Assembly: GCA_951406725.2 (NCBI GenBank)
Contig: OX597828.1
Location: 46,066,001-46,130,000 of the forward strand
From: Octopus vulgaris
Taxonomy: Eukaryota
Length of the DNA stretch: 64,000 nt
Direction of reading: 5' to 3'
Of this stretch, positions 25,950 through 39,900 are shown piece by piece (position 1 is the first letter of the stretch; the number at the start of each line of letters is the position of its first letter). The translations under genes were made by a program, and so were the position numbers. Under the pieces are notes generated by a model. It was not told the DNA's origin, did no database searches, and was given only the letters and a program-made list of their open reading frames with translations.

Positions 25950-26842
25950 ATGGAAACGTGAATGGGCCCCAACTAAGCCAACGTGTTCGTTGGCTCCGTT
26001 CAGGCCCAAATATTCTCAAATTTCACTGGTCCCACTCATGAACTATACGGTCATTATATTGGCAACTAAGTCGGTGCAATCGTCTAGACTCCTTCCTCTC
26101 TTTTGTCAGCTCTTTCCATCCTGCCCTCCACTTCTCCTCCACTATTCTCGATACATCAGTCGCCTTTCTCGCCATTTCAGTCAGCATTCATCACTCCACT
26201 CTCACCACCTACATCCACTACAAATACACAGACTCACACTCAAAGCTCAACTTCTCCTCCTCCTCCCACTCTAAACACACCAAACTCTCCATCCACCTCT
26301 TCCCAATTCCTCCGTCCACGCAGGTCTCTACAGTGAAAACCATGTCTTTGAGATTCCGGACTCAACTCATGGCTCGGCACTTCATCCTATGTATATATCC
26401 CCTCACCACTACATACATCGTCCTTGCCAGAGCTCGTTCCGTGGATCGTGAATCTGCTCTCCCTCCCCCAACACTCACCCCACCGTCACCCGTCTCCCAT
26501 TTCCCCCTCACCTACGATCCAACCATCCTACCTCTCCGACGCACCATTCTCCGAGCCTTCCGGCGACTCCAGTCCAACCCCTCCACTTCGCACATCTTCC
26601 CCAATCGATCCCTCCCCGCCTTCAAACAAGCCTACAACTTACGAGGCCTCTTGGTCCACAGCTTCTTCCCTAGCCCAGCCTTCCAACGCGGCCGTTCCCC
26701 TGCTCCCGCCCACGCTGCCGCACTTTCTCTTACCTCTCCAACACCACTCTCCTCACAGGCACAAATCATCGACCCTATCATATCACTCCTTCTTCACCCA
26801 CACATCTAGCAACGTCATCTACTGCATCTCCTGCTCTCTCTG
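25950..26842 (+). pseudogene. Decayed Penelope-like element ORF: RT C-terminal half, thumb and start of GIY-YIG endonuclease
   Basis: MGPN*ANVFVG..IFSNFTGPTHELYGHYI (RT motifs), FPLTYDP..IFPNRSLPAFKQAYNLRGLLVHS (thumb/linker), TSSNVIYCISCSL (GIY-YIG start); frameshifted. Confidence 0.85.
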
Positions 26843-27270
26843 ATGCCGTTGTTTTTCAAAAACAACTATCAGCGATGTATTTTTCGTTTGTCACTGTTAT
26901 TTATGACATCGTTCGTGCGATTGTACTGTTTTTAGCTTTAAGGTTTTAGGGTTAGTGTTTTAGGGTTAGGGTTAGGGTTTTAGAGTTAGGGTTGTCATAA
27001 TAGTGACAAACGAAATATGCACCGCCGGAAGTTCTTGTTGACAAACAACAGCAGTAATTTCATTCAGCTGAATACACGTCATCGATTGGTTGAAATTACC
27101 GAAATACGAGAACTTCAACACGAAATAACTTTGTAAATATAAACGTTTCTCAAAAACACTAAGAGTAAAAGGTGTTTTATATGACACATTCTACCAGTAT
27201 ACGAAGTTTGAAAGTGTGTAGTTGCAAACAATTATTTTTTAAATCTATAGGTCAAAATGTAAAGATCCGG
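26843..27270. mobile_element. Non-autonomous DNA-element fragment carrying degenerate TTAGGG repeats inside an inverted repeat
   Basis: About 9 TTAGGG-like units (26932-26993) between TTTCGTTTGTCACTGTTATTTATGACA and TGTCATAATAGTGACAAACGAAA; truncates the Penelope ORF. Confidence 0.55.
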
Positions 27271-27929
27271 CAATGTCGACCGTGGAGGAATTTTAACTCA
27301 ATGTAAAGCCGAAAGAAACACCATGTTCAGAACTGTAACGTTTCAAGCAGCTCTCCACCATAATTGATTATTTATGAAATTTTTCGATAATACTATAGAG
27401 CTGTGATTGGAATTCCACTGGAAAATATCACAAGACGTATTCTTCAGATTTAGGAGTAGACTAAGAAAGAGATGATTGAATAACATCTATGGTCTCAGCT
27501 GGTCATAATAGGAATCCAGCCGAAAAGTGTAATGACGGTTGCTTTGAATAAGACCCTAGTGAAGAGGAGCATGAGGGATCCGCCTCTACAACCCTCGCAA
27601 GAATAGTGATTCGAGAAGATGGATAGATGGATGAATGGATGGATGGATAAAATTTGCCTGCGATGAGTTTACGGGATACATTTCCTTCATCCGATGCCGC
27701 ATAACATAATACTGTACAACCAACACCATCTCCACCACCACCACCATCACCACCACCATCACAAACCTCACCACCACCATCACCACCATCATCACTACGG
27801 TCACCACTACTACCACCACGACAACCACCACTCCGTTTATCTGTATATTATATATCTATATGTCCCTCTCTCTATTTCTTTACGCCTGTTTATCTTTTTC
27901 TCTCTGTATATATACATGTATATAAACAC

Positions 27930-27966
<37 letters not shown>

Positions 27967-27973
27967 ATATTTA

Positions 27974-28026
<53 letters not shown>

Positions 28027-28029
<3 letters not shown>

Positions 28030-28182
28030 GGAGAGTTTACGAAAAGAAACAAAAGACGAAGACATGTGGTGTACAAAAGAAACAGATGTATTAGTATAAC
28101 GCTCAGGAATAGAAAAAGTCTTTTACGTTTCGAGCCTACGCTCTTCTACAGAAAGGGACACAGAAAAAACAAGGAGAGAAAC
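28027..28182 (-). mobile_element. A6U hammerhead family copy 3 (motif 28120-28155), best preserved
   Basis: CTTT-CTGTAGA-A-GAGC(GTAG)GCTC-GAAAC-GTA^-AAAG; embedded in (TA)n. Confidence 0.75.
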
Positions 28183-28203
28183 ATATATACATGTACACAC
28201 GCA

Positions 28204-28261
<58 letters not shown>

Positions 28262-29630
28262 CATAGACACAACATCCATATATATATATATATGAATACA
28301 CGCACACACACACAGAGAAATACATCCTTATATATAACACAACCACTACTATTACAACACAACGTTGTATTAACTGCTACCATCAAATCCACCACCACCG
28401 CTCCACCACCACAAATAACAAAATAAATATTCAATTATGATAACTAAAAACTCCTATCAAGGAGTAGGTGGTGCCCCTCTCTGATCGGTTCGTCTGCTAG
28501 AAATAACAATGAAATCTTCACCTGTCGGACCTTATTTTCTATGATATAAAAGAAAACAACACATTGAATAACGTGTTTCTAGACCCACACTACAGAACAA
28601 TAGAAGGGATGGCTAAAGCCGGAACTAACTCTACCTAGGGCTAAATACTAGCACGACCGACCATCACCGCAACAACGTCACAACCGGTAGCACCACCGTC
28701 ACCGCCATCAAAAAGAACAACAATAAAAAACAGAAACTTGTTGCCGCCATCACTATGAACTTATTTGTCTCTTGTACTTTTGAACTAAAGATGTGTCTTT
28801 CGTGCTGTTTTTCATTTTATGCTACGAGTGTGTTTGTTTGAGTTATTTCTTTTTCCTATCATTCATTTTTTGTTTTATTTTATTAGTATTTCGTTGTAGC
28901 TCTAAAGCTGCAGTACAAGTTGTCTTGAACCGTTATCAAAAGTTGCGTGCCTAAAGGTGAAGCGGTCTTTTTGAGTTAAAATCCACATTTAGTTGGTCAA
29001 TTCTGACCTCAATGAGAAGACTAAAGCTAATTTAGAGCATACTAAGTTCATAGATTTGTGTACATTTATATCAAAACAAAATGTCAATATACAAACAGAC
29101 TTCTTTTATTTCTTTGTTATTTTCTTTCTTTTTTTTTATGGTCATCTTTTTATCATTATTATGTTTTGTTTCTATATCTTTTTTTTTTTTGTCTGTTATT
29201 GGCGTGCTGAACTGTTATATTTCTTTTGAGTTTGTTTAGAATTTCACTGCGCAAAAGTGTGCTTACAGACGCTGGCGTATTTACGTGTTTGCCTACGTGT
29301 GTATACGGAGTAATAGACGAAGGGACAGGGCAGTAAAGAAAACACAATATTTACTGTTTTTCAAGTAGGGCTCTCTAACTTTAACAAAAGACACGTAAAA
29401 CAAAACAAACATTCATATATACTAGTAAAACAGCAAGCAGAACAGGAAAAAAAAACCCAACGAAAACGAAAAAAAAATGCTGTTCGTAGCCTTTCAGATT
29501 TCATGTTTATGACTTGGTAACAAAACACAACGTGCATATTTTCCCGCCGTGAACGGTGGATCATGTCAACGGAAACAATTACCCTATCCTTTACCTACCT
29601 TTCACTCATTTTCATTTTCATAGCTATATG

Positions 29631-29694
<64 letters not shown>

Positions 29695-29765
29695 ACTATC
29701 GGTCAGTCAATTAATCTATCTAACTATCTGTCTGTCTGTCAATCAATTAATCTATCTATCAACAT

Positions 29766-29796
<31 letters not shown>

Positions 29797-29826
29797 CCTA
29801 TATATGTATATATATATATCAATTAG

Positions 29827-30162
29827 TGAAGGCGCATGGCTCAGTGGTTAGAGCGTCGAGCTTACGATCGTGAGGTTGTGAGTTCGAATCCCGATCGGGC
29901 TGGGTGTTGTGTTCTTGAGCAAGACACTTTATTTCACGTCGCTCCAGTTCAATAAGCTGTAGAAACGAGTTGCGGCGTCACAGGTGCCAAGCTGTATCGG
30001 CCTTTGCCTTTCCCTTGGAAAACATCAGTGGCGTGGAGAGGGGAGGCCGGTATGCATGGGCGACCGCTGGTCTTCCATAAACAACCTTGCTCGGACTTGT
30101 GCCTGGGAGGGTAACTTTCTAGGTGCAATCCCATGGTCAGTAATGACCGAAGGGGATCTTAG
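29827..30162 (+). mobile_element. tRNA-derived SINE family C
   Basis: GGCGCATGGCTCAGTGGTTAGAGC..GAGTTCGAATCCC head; probable TSD ATATATCAATTA. Confidence 0.9.
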
Positions 30163-30273
30163 CATATATCAATTAATCTATCTATCTATTTGTCTGTCTA
30201 TCTGTCAATCTATATATCTGTCTGTCAATTAATCTATCTATCTATTAATCTATCTATCTATCTATCTATCTAC

Positions 30274-30383
<110 letters not shown>

Positions 30384-30415
30384 ACCTTCGTCTTTTGCTT
30401 ATTTTCGTAAACTCT

Positions 30416-30476
<61 letters not shown>

Positions 30477-30511
30477 CATCCATCTATTTATCTGTCACTT
30501 TAAACTTCGAG

Positions 30512-30690
30512 TATGCGACGGAGTTTCCAAGATTTTCCAGGCTGTGGGTAAAATAAAATATAGGATATCTGTTAATTACGATTTTATACAACAAATTCCT
30601 CCTTCAAATTCACACGCTCGTTGTAACAGTCCTTCGCTTTCTCTAAGCCCTGTAAAAGAACTCGGAAGAATGGGCCACCACTTTTGATAT
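30512..30690. mobile_element. Mariner-derived MITE fragment
   Basis: Similar to 58430-58645 (GGCT.TGGGTAAAA.AAAATA.AGGA, CCTGTAAAAGA.CTCGGAAG). Confidence 0.5.
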
Positions 30691-30979
30691 AAAGCATTGA
30701 TTTGTTGTGCAACTAAATGAATGGCAGTCTACAAGTTAACAGCGGCTGATAAGGTAAATTATCACAACATCGTAGATGCTTCGAGAAGCAGTCTGTGGTA
30801 TATAATCCCTATATACTTTAAGTGACATACACTAGGTCCATTTAACCATACTACTCATTCAATAAGTTGAAATTTCTCAGAGCAGTGCCCACCTGTTAAG
30901 GAGCCGCTATGATATCTCAGTGATTCAATATCTGGCTAAGAACTAAAGATTTTGTCCTGTGGTATGTCTACTATATTTA

Positions 30980-31383
30980 CACAGGAGTGGCTGTCTGGTA
31001 AGTAGCTTGCTTACCAACCACATGGTTCCGGGTTCAGTCCCACTGCGTGGCACCTTGGGCAAGTGTCTTCTACTATAGCCTCGGGCCGACCAAAGCCTTG
31101 TGAGTGGATTTGGTAGACAGAAACTGAAAGAAGCCCGTAGTATACATGTATATATATATGCGTCTGTGTGTTTGTGTGTCTGTGTTTGTCTCCCTAGCAT
31201 TGCTTGACAACCGATGCTGGTGCGTTTGTCCCCGTTACTTAGGGGTTCGGCAAAAGAGACCGATAGAATAAGTCCTGGGCTTACAAAAGAATAAGTCCTG
31301 GGGTCGAGTTGCTCAATTAAAGGCGGTGCTCTAGCATGGCCGCAGTCAAATGACTGAAACAAGTAAAAGAGTAAAGAGAGAGT
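30980..31383 (+). mobile_element. SINE family A
   Basis: Near full-length copy. Confidence 0.9.
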
Positions 31384-31452
31384 ATATATATGTGCGTGTG
31401 TGTGTGGAGGGATGTATATGCATGTATGTATATACATACATGCATATACATA

Positions 31453-31514
<62 letters not shown>

Positions 31515-31964
31515 AACACATAAATGTATATACACAAAACAGTTAAAACAGTCAAAAACTCGATGTATTCATTTGGATAGCTTATATCTCCGTTCTCGTT
31601 TGAAAGACTTAATTAATGGGGATATCTATATATCTAACTCTCACTTTCTCTCTCTCTCTCTCTCATCCATATTCTACCTATCTATCTACATCTATACCTA
31701 TATATATATGTATGTATTGTCTGTGTCTACACGTACATATACATATACCTATAAACACTTGTATATATATATGTATATATGTATGTATGCACCCACACAG
31801 ACACACACATATGCTGAAAATGAAGAATAGATAGACAGCCGACAACTGAAGCAGGGTCCTTTTTCTGTGTTAACTAGTCCAGTTTCCATTGTTTAGGTCG
31901 TTGTTTACGTATTACATGTTATTTGCACCGCTGGTGACGTCCTATACCCATATATGCATGTATA

Positions 31965-32935
<971 letters not shown>

Positions 32936-33196
32936 CATTATTATTATTATTATTATCATCATATTATCTATATTATATATTATTTTTTATTATATGAATA
33001 TATATGTTGCTTAGAGGATATATGTTGCTTAGAGGATATATGTTAACCTCATAAAGGGATCGTTACATCCAAGAAAACATTGGTTCTATGTCGAGTCCAT
33101 TTGAGAGATGAAATGTCCTTAAATCAATAGGTATATATTAAGCATATTTAATCTGCTCTCATGAACGAATAGGTCGGAATGTAATAACTTAATGTA

Positions 33197-34374
33197 CGAG
33201 GGACGTTCAATAAGTAATGCCCCTGACCCACTTGTAGATGTTTGATCTAGCTGAAAGTTTGCAGGTGCAAAACTTCATATCTCTATAGATTAAGTGGCAA
33301 ATTACAGCTCTGAACTCATTGTGGTTTCTGATTTACAGGTGTTTGAACTGAGTCAAGTGTGAAATGGAACCTGTTGAGTGTCGAGCAGTGTTCTGGTTTT
33401 TGTATTTGAAAGGACGCACACCTCCGGAGACTTTTGATGAAATGAATATAACTTATGGTGATGATGCCCCATCATATGACCTTGTAAAACGCTGGAATCG
33501 TGAATTCAAGCATGGCCGGAACTCTGTGGAAACAGCTCCCAGATCTGGTCACCCCCTTCTGCCATTGATGAGGCATCTGTCCGTCAAGTTGAAGCTGCCA
33601 TTTTGGAAGATCGACGAATAACTATTCGCCAAATAGCCCATCAGGTTAAGATTAGTACCGGGTCTGTGGAAACTATCATTCATGACCATTTGCATATGCA
33701 AAACGTGTCTGCCAGATGGATTCCCAGGCTGCTCACACCTTTCTAGAAGCAAGAACGCGTCGAGTGCTCGAGGGTGTATTTGGAGATGTGCCAAGAAGAT
33801 GAGTCAAAATTTTTCAAAAGACTGATTACACAGGATGAAACCTGGGTCCATCACGATGATCCAGAGAGCAAAGCTCAGTCAATGCAGTGGAAACACCGTG
33901 ATTCACCCCCTCCAAAGAAGGCAAGGGTGCAGCCCTCCGCTGGTAAGGTCATGCTCACAGTCTTCTGGGACCAGGACGGAGTAGTGATGACAGATTTCCT
34001 GGCAAAGGGTACCACAATTGCAGCAGCCTATTATGCCTCACTTTTGAGAAAATTAAGAGAAGTTATCAAAATCAAGACGTGGGGCAAGATCAGCAAAGGT
34101 ATCCTCCTCCTGCAGGACAACGCTCCGGTCCACAACTCGCTTGTCGCCAGATCAGAAGCACAGGCGTATGGCTATGAACTCCTCCCCCATTCCTGACCTT
34201 GCACCCTCTGATTTTCACCTCTTCCCAGTCATGAAGTTGTTTTTGAAAGGAAAGCGTTTCCCAGATGATGCAGCCTTGATTTCTGAAGTCACGTCGTGGT
34301 TGGAGGACCAAGCTGGGGTCTTCTACAAAAACGGTCTCCAGAGCTGCATCAAGCAATGGGAGAAATGCGTAACT
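33197..34374 (+). mobile_element. Mariner (DD34D) copy A, near-complete transposase pseudogene, right end lost
   Basis: TA+CGAGGGACGTTCAATAAGTAATGC TIR; MEPVECRAV.., ITQDETWVHH, LLQDNAPVH and PDLAPSDFHLF motifs with frameshifts and a stop. Confidence 0.95.
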
Positions 34375-35078
34375 CTGCATATGCAAATGGTCATGAATGA
34401 TAGTTTCCACAGACCCGGTACTAATCTTGACCTCATGGGCTATTTGGCGAATAATTATGCGTCGATCTTCCAAAATGGCAGCCTCAACTTGACGGACAGA
34501 TGCCTCATCAATGGCAGCTGTTTCCACAGAGTTCCGACCATGTTTGAACTCATGATGCCAGCGTTTTACAAGGTCATATGATGGGGCATCATCACCATAA
34601 GTTACTTTCATTTCATCAAAAGTCTCCCGTGGTGTGCGTCCTTTCAAATACAAAAACCGGATCACTGCTCGACACTCAACAGGCTCCATTTCACACTTGA
34701 CTCGGTTCAAACACCTGTAAATCAGAAACCACAATGAGTTCAGAGCTGTAATTTGCCACGTACTCTATAGAGTACGTAGGTAGCCGGAACGGAACATGTA
34801 AAAATAACATTATTCAGTGTTCCTATTCATTATTTAGGACTTTTATGTGGCCCGGAGTAAGATTGGTTCTTCGGCACTACTTAAATTATAAAATCAAAAA
34901 AAGGTTCATGTTCAGTTAACTGAAAGAAAGAAAATGAAGAGTTGAAATTTGATAATTATTTATTATTAAATAACAGGCGCAGGAGTGGCTGTGTGGTAAG
35001 TAGCTTGCACATGCAAAATTTCAGCTAGATCAAACAACTGCAAGAGGGTCAGAGGCATTACTTATTGAACGTCCCTCG
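34375..35078 (-). mobile_element. Mariner copy B (same family, inverted), 5' portion only, with a templated insertion at 34775-35008
   Basis: TIR ends at 35078 followed by TA; MEPVECRAVIRFLYLKG..HDHLHMQ, then joins copy A. Confidence 0.93.
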
Positions 35079-35094
35079 TACATATATATATACA

Positions 35095-35265
35095 TATATA
35101 CGACAGGCTTCTTTCAGTTTCCGTCTACCAAATCCACTCACAAGGCATTGGTCAGCCCGGGGCTATAGCAGAAGACATTTGCCCAAGGTGCCACGCAGTG
35201 GGACTGTACCCGGAACAATGTGGTTAGTTAGCAAGCTACTTACCACACAGCCACTCCTGAGCCTG
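35095..35265 (-). mobile_element. SINE family A head half (mariner B inserted in its central TA tract)
   Basis: Homology to family A; tail half absent. Confidence 0.85.
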
Positions 35266-35664
35266 TTATTTAATAATGAATAATTATCAAATTTCAACTC
35301 TTCATTTTCTTTCTTTCAGTTAACTGAACATGAACCTTTTTTTGATTTTATAATTTAAGTAGTGCCGAAGAACCAATCTTACTCCGGGCCACATAAAAGT
35401 CCTAAATAATAAATAGGAACACTGAATAATGTTATTTTTACATGTTCCGTTCCGGCTACCTACGTTCTTATTTACTACGGAGATTGATTTTGCTTTTCAT
35501 CCATTCGGGATCGATAAAATAAGTACCAGTGAAACACTGGGGTCGATGTAATAGACTCATCCTCTCCCCTTTATAATTGCTGAACTTGTTCCAACTTGAG
35601 AAGAAGTTTTGCGTATCTTATACAAGATCAGATGGATAATCGCAGATGGGATGTTTTAGTTAGC

Positions 35665-36420
35665 TAGTTAATTTTTGGCTCAAAAAAGCAAAAAGCAAGG
35701 CCATGTAGGGGAACATGGAGTTATGTACAGGATGGTGTTTATGTAAAGAGTTCAGGCCACTTGAGGTCAAGGGAGACCTTGAACAAAGCGGTCGTCGGCA
35801 TCTTCACCATCTCGGCCAGCAACTTGTTCCACGGATCTGCAACCCGGACGGAGAATGCCCCTCTCCTCGATTGAGATGAAATCGTCACAGATAGAGCTTT
35901 TCGGAATGACCCCGCAGCCGACGCTCTGGAGCAGGAGTGAAGAACAGCTCTTTCGAGAGGTTACACTTTCCGCTTATGATGTTGTGAGCGAGAATGAAAT
36001 CAACACGGCGGCGGCTTTTTCCTAGAGAATAAAGGTTGAGCGTCTTCAGCCTTTCTTCATAAGACAAATTTTTGAGACCTTGAACCATGCGGGTAGCCAG
36101 CTTCTGGACTCTTTCGAGATGCTGTATGTCTTTGAGAAGATAAGGAGAAGAGGCTCGAATCCCATACTCCAATATGGGTCTCGCCAGTGTGACATAGAGC
36201 GTTAGGAATATGGCTGCTGTGAGCATTCCGAATGACCGTCGAATCAAGAACAGAATTCCGCGTGCTTTGTTGGCGGCATGGACGCACTGGGCCGAAGGTG
36301 AAAAGGAGGAATCCACCAAGATACCCAGGTCCTTTACCTGATCGGTCCTCTCCAGCAGGAGACGACCCGACTCGAAATCAAGTTGAGTTGCAGGAGGAGA
36401 TCATGGATCTAGCTGACCAA
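35665..36420 (-). mobile_element. CR1-clade LINE 3' fragment
   Basis: KDLGI(L)VDSSFSPSAQC..LYVTLARPILEYG..LERVQKLATRMV..SYEERLKTLNLYSL..RGHSEKL. Confidence 0.92.
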
Positions 36421-36694
36421 CAACAACAAGAGTTGTGAAATTGATCAAATGTGAAATGTTACCCTATTTGAATGTTTGCTGTTTTAAAAGACCTGGTCAT
36501 TTCCGCTTCCGACTAGTCGTCAGTACTCAATACCAGCCTCACTTTTCTTCGTCCCAAAGGAAACCATTTTGAAAAGGTTCGAAACTTCGACTCCGCGATG
36601 AAACGAAAGTAAAGACTATTGAGTACCCTCCTGCCTGGAGGAGAGTGATTTCAGGGAGACTATAACATACGCTATAAGTTGTTGGTAATGTTGT

Positions 36695-36850
36695 TGTTGA
36701 TGATGATGATGATGATGATGATGACGAAGACGATGATGATGATGATGATGATGAAGATGATGATGATGATGATGTGATCATGATCATGATCATGATGATC
36801 ATAATGATCATGATGATGAAGATGATGATGATGATGATGATGATGATGAC

Positions 36851-36891
<41 letters not shown>

Positions 36892-36982
36892 CGATGACGA
36901 TGATGATGATGATGATGACGATGACGATGATGATGACGATGACGATGATGATGATCATAATCATAATGATCATGATGATGAT
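36695..36982. repeat. (GAT)n microsatellite
   Basis: Directly visible. Confidence 0.95.
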
Positions 36983-39900
36983 GGTTTGGTGTGGTGGTGG
37001 TGGTTTGGTGTGGTGGCGGTTGTTGGTTGTGGTGTTGGTGGTGGTGGTGGTGGTTTGGTGTGGTGGCGGTTGTTGGTTGTGGTGGTGGTGGTGGTGGTGG
37101 TGGTGGTGGTTTGGTGTGGTGGCGGTTGTTGGTTGTGGTGTTGGTGGTGGTGGTGGTGGTTTGGTGTGGTGGCGGTTGTTGGTTGTGGTGTTGGTGTTGG
37201 TGGTGGTGGTGTGGTGGCGGTTGTTGGTTGTGGTGTTGGTGGTGGTGGTGGTGGTGGTTTGTTGTGGTGGCGGTTGTTGGTTGTGGTGTTGGTGGTGGTG
37301 GTGGTGGTTTGGTGTGGTGGCGGTTGTTGGTTGTGGTGTTGGTGGTGGTGGTGGTGGTGGTGGTGGTTTGTTGTGGTGGCGGTTGTTGGTTGTGGTGTTG
37401 GTGGTGGTGGTGGTGGTTTGGTGTGGTGGCGGTTGTTGGTTGTGGTGGTGGTGGTTTGTTGTGGTGGCGGTTGTTGGTTGTGGTGGTGGTGGTGGTGGTT
37501 TGGTGTGGTGGCGGTTGTTGGTTGTGGTGGTGGTGGTGGTGGTTTGTTGTGGTGGCGGTTGTTGGTTGTGGTGTTGGTGGTGGTGGTGGTGGTGGTGGTT
37601 TGTTGTGGTGGCGGTTGTTGGTTGTGGTGTTGGTGGAAGTGGTGGTGGTTTGTTGTGGTGGCGGTTGTTGGTTGTGGTGTTGTTGGTGGTGGTGGTTTGT
37701 GTGGTGGCGGTTGTTGGTTGTGGTGTTGGTGGTGGTGGTGGTGGTTTGGTGTGGTGGCGGTTGTTGGTTGTGGTGTTGTTGGTGGTGGTGGTGGTTTGGT
37801 GTGGTGGCGGTTGTTGGTTGTGGTGTTGGTGTTGGTGTTGGTGGTGGTTTGGTGTGGTGGCGGTTGTTGGTTGTGGTGTTGGTGGTGGTGGTGGTGGTGG
37901 TGGTGGTTTGTTGTGGTGGCGGTTGTTGGTTGTGGTGTGGTGGTGGTGGTGGTGGTGGTTTGGTGTGGTGGCGGTTGTTGGTTGTGGTGTTGGTGGTGGT
38001 GGTGGTGGTTTGTTGTGGTGGCGGTTGTTGGTTGTGGTGTTGGTGGTGGTAGTGGTGGTTTGTTGTGGTGGCGGTTGTTGGTTGTGGTGTTGGTGTTGGT
38101 GGTGGTGGTTTGGTGTGGTGGCGGTTGTTGGTTGTGGTGTTGGTGGTGGTGGTGGTGGTTTGGTGTGGTGGCGGTTGGTGGTGGTGGGTGGTGGTGGTGG
38201 TGGTTTGGTTGTGGTGGCGGTTGTTGGTTGTGGTGTTGGTGGTGGTGGTGGTGGTTTGGTGTGGTGGCGGTTGTTGGTTGTGGTGTTGGTGGTGGTGGTG
38301 GTGGTTTGTTGTGGTGGCGGTTGTTGGTTGTGGTGTTGGTGGTGGTAGTGGTGGTTTGTTGTGGTGGCGGTTGTTGGTTGTGGTGTTGGTGGTGGTGGTG
38401 GTGGTTTGGTGTGGTGGCGGTTGTTGGTTGTGGTGTTGGTGTTGGTGGTGGTGGTTTGGTGTGGTGGCGGTTGTTGGTTGTGGTGGTGGTGGTGGTGGTG
38501 GTGGTGGTGGTGGTTTGTTGTGGTGGCGGTTGTTGGTTGTGGTGTTGGTGGTGGTGGTGGTGGTTTGTTGTGGTGGCGGTTGTTGGTTGTGGTGTTGGTG
38601 GTGGTGGTGGTGGTTTGTTGTGGTGGCGGTTGTTGGTTGTGGTGGTGTGGTGGTGGTGGTGTTGGTTGTGGTGTGGTTGTGGTGGTGGTGGTGGTGGTTT
38701 GGTGTGGTGGCGGTTGTTGGTTGTGGTGTTGGTGGTGGTGGTGGTGGTGGTTAGGTGTGGTGGCGGTTGTTGGTTGTGGTGTTGGTGGTGGTGGTGGTGG
38801 TTTGGTGTGGTGGCGGTTGTTGGTTGTGGTGGTGGTGGTGGTGGTGGTGGTTTGGTGTGGTGGCGGTTGTTGGTTGTGGTGGCGGTGGTGGTGGTTTGTT
38901 GTGGTGGCGGTTGTTGGTTGTGGTGTTGGTGGTGGTGGTGGTGGTGGTGGTGGTTTGTTGTGGTGGCGGTTGTTGTTTGTGGTGTTGGTGGAAGTTGTGG
39001 TGGTTTGTTGTGGTGGCGGTTGTTGGTTGTTGTGGTGTTGGTGGTGGTGGTGGTGGTTTGGTGTGGTGGCGGTTGTTGGTTGTGGTGTTGGTGGTGGTGG
39101 TGGTGGTTTGGTGTGGTGGCGGTTGTTGGTTGTGGTGTTGGTGGTGGTGGTGGTGGTTTGGTGTGGTGGCGGTTGTTGGTTGTGGTGTTGGTGTTGGTGT
39201 TGGTGGTGGTTTGGTGTGGTGGCGGTTGTTGGTTGTGGTGTTGGTGTTGGTGGTGGTGGTTTGGTGTGGTGGCGGTTGTTGGTTGTGGTGTTGGTGGTGG
39301 TGGTGGTGGTTTGTTGTGGTGGCGGTTGTTGGTTGTGGTGTTGGTGGTGGTGGTGGTGGTTTGTTGTGGTGGCGGTTGTTGGTTGTGGTGTTTGGTGGTG
39401 GTGGTGGTTTGTTGTGGTGGTGGTGGTGGTGGTGTGGTGTTGGTGGTGGCGGTTGTTGGTTGTGGTGTTGGTGGTGGTGGTGGTGGTTTGGTGTGGTGGC
39501 GGTTGTTGGTTGTGGTGTTGGTGGTGGTGATGGTGGTTTGGTGTGGTGGCGGCTGTTGGTTGTGGTGTTGGTGTTGGTGGTGGTTTGGTGTGGTGGCGGT
39601 TGTTGGTTGTGGTGTTGGTGGTGGTGGTGGTGGTTTGTTGTGGTGGCGGTTGTTGGTTGTGGTGTTGGTGGTGGTGGTGGTGGTTTGTTGTGGCGGCGGT
39701 CGTTGGTTGTGGTGTTGGTGGTGGTGGTGGTGGTTTGTTGTGGTGGCGGTTGTTGGTTGTGGTGTTGGTGGTGGTGGTGGTGGTTTGGTGTGGTGGCGGT
39801 TGTTGGTTGTGGTGTTGGTGGTGGTGGTGGTGGTTTGGTGTGGTGGCGGTTGTTGGTTGTGGTGGTGGTGGTGGTGGTGGTTTGGTGTGGTGGCGGTTGT

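Noticed and set aside
26932-26993. True telomere or chromosome fusion site
   Set aside because: Only about 60 bp, degenerate, single orientation, inside an apparent dispersed element.
29830-29905. tRNA genes at SINE heads (also 61217, 62357, 7345)
   Set aside because: A/B boxes are present but there is no proper cloverleaf, and each continues into a SINE body, often with a TSD.
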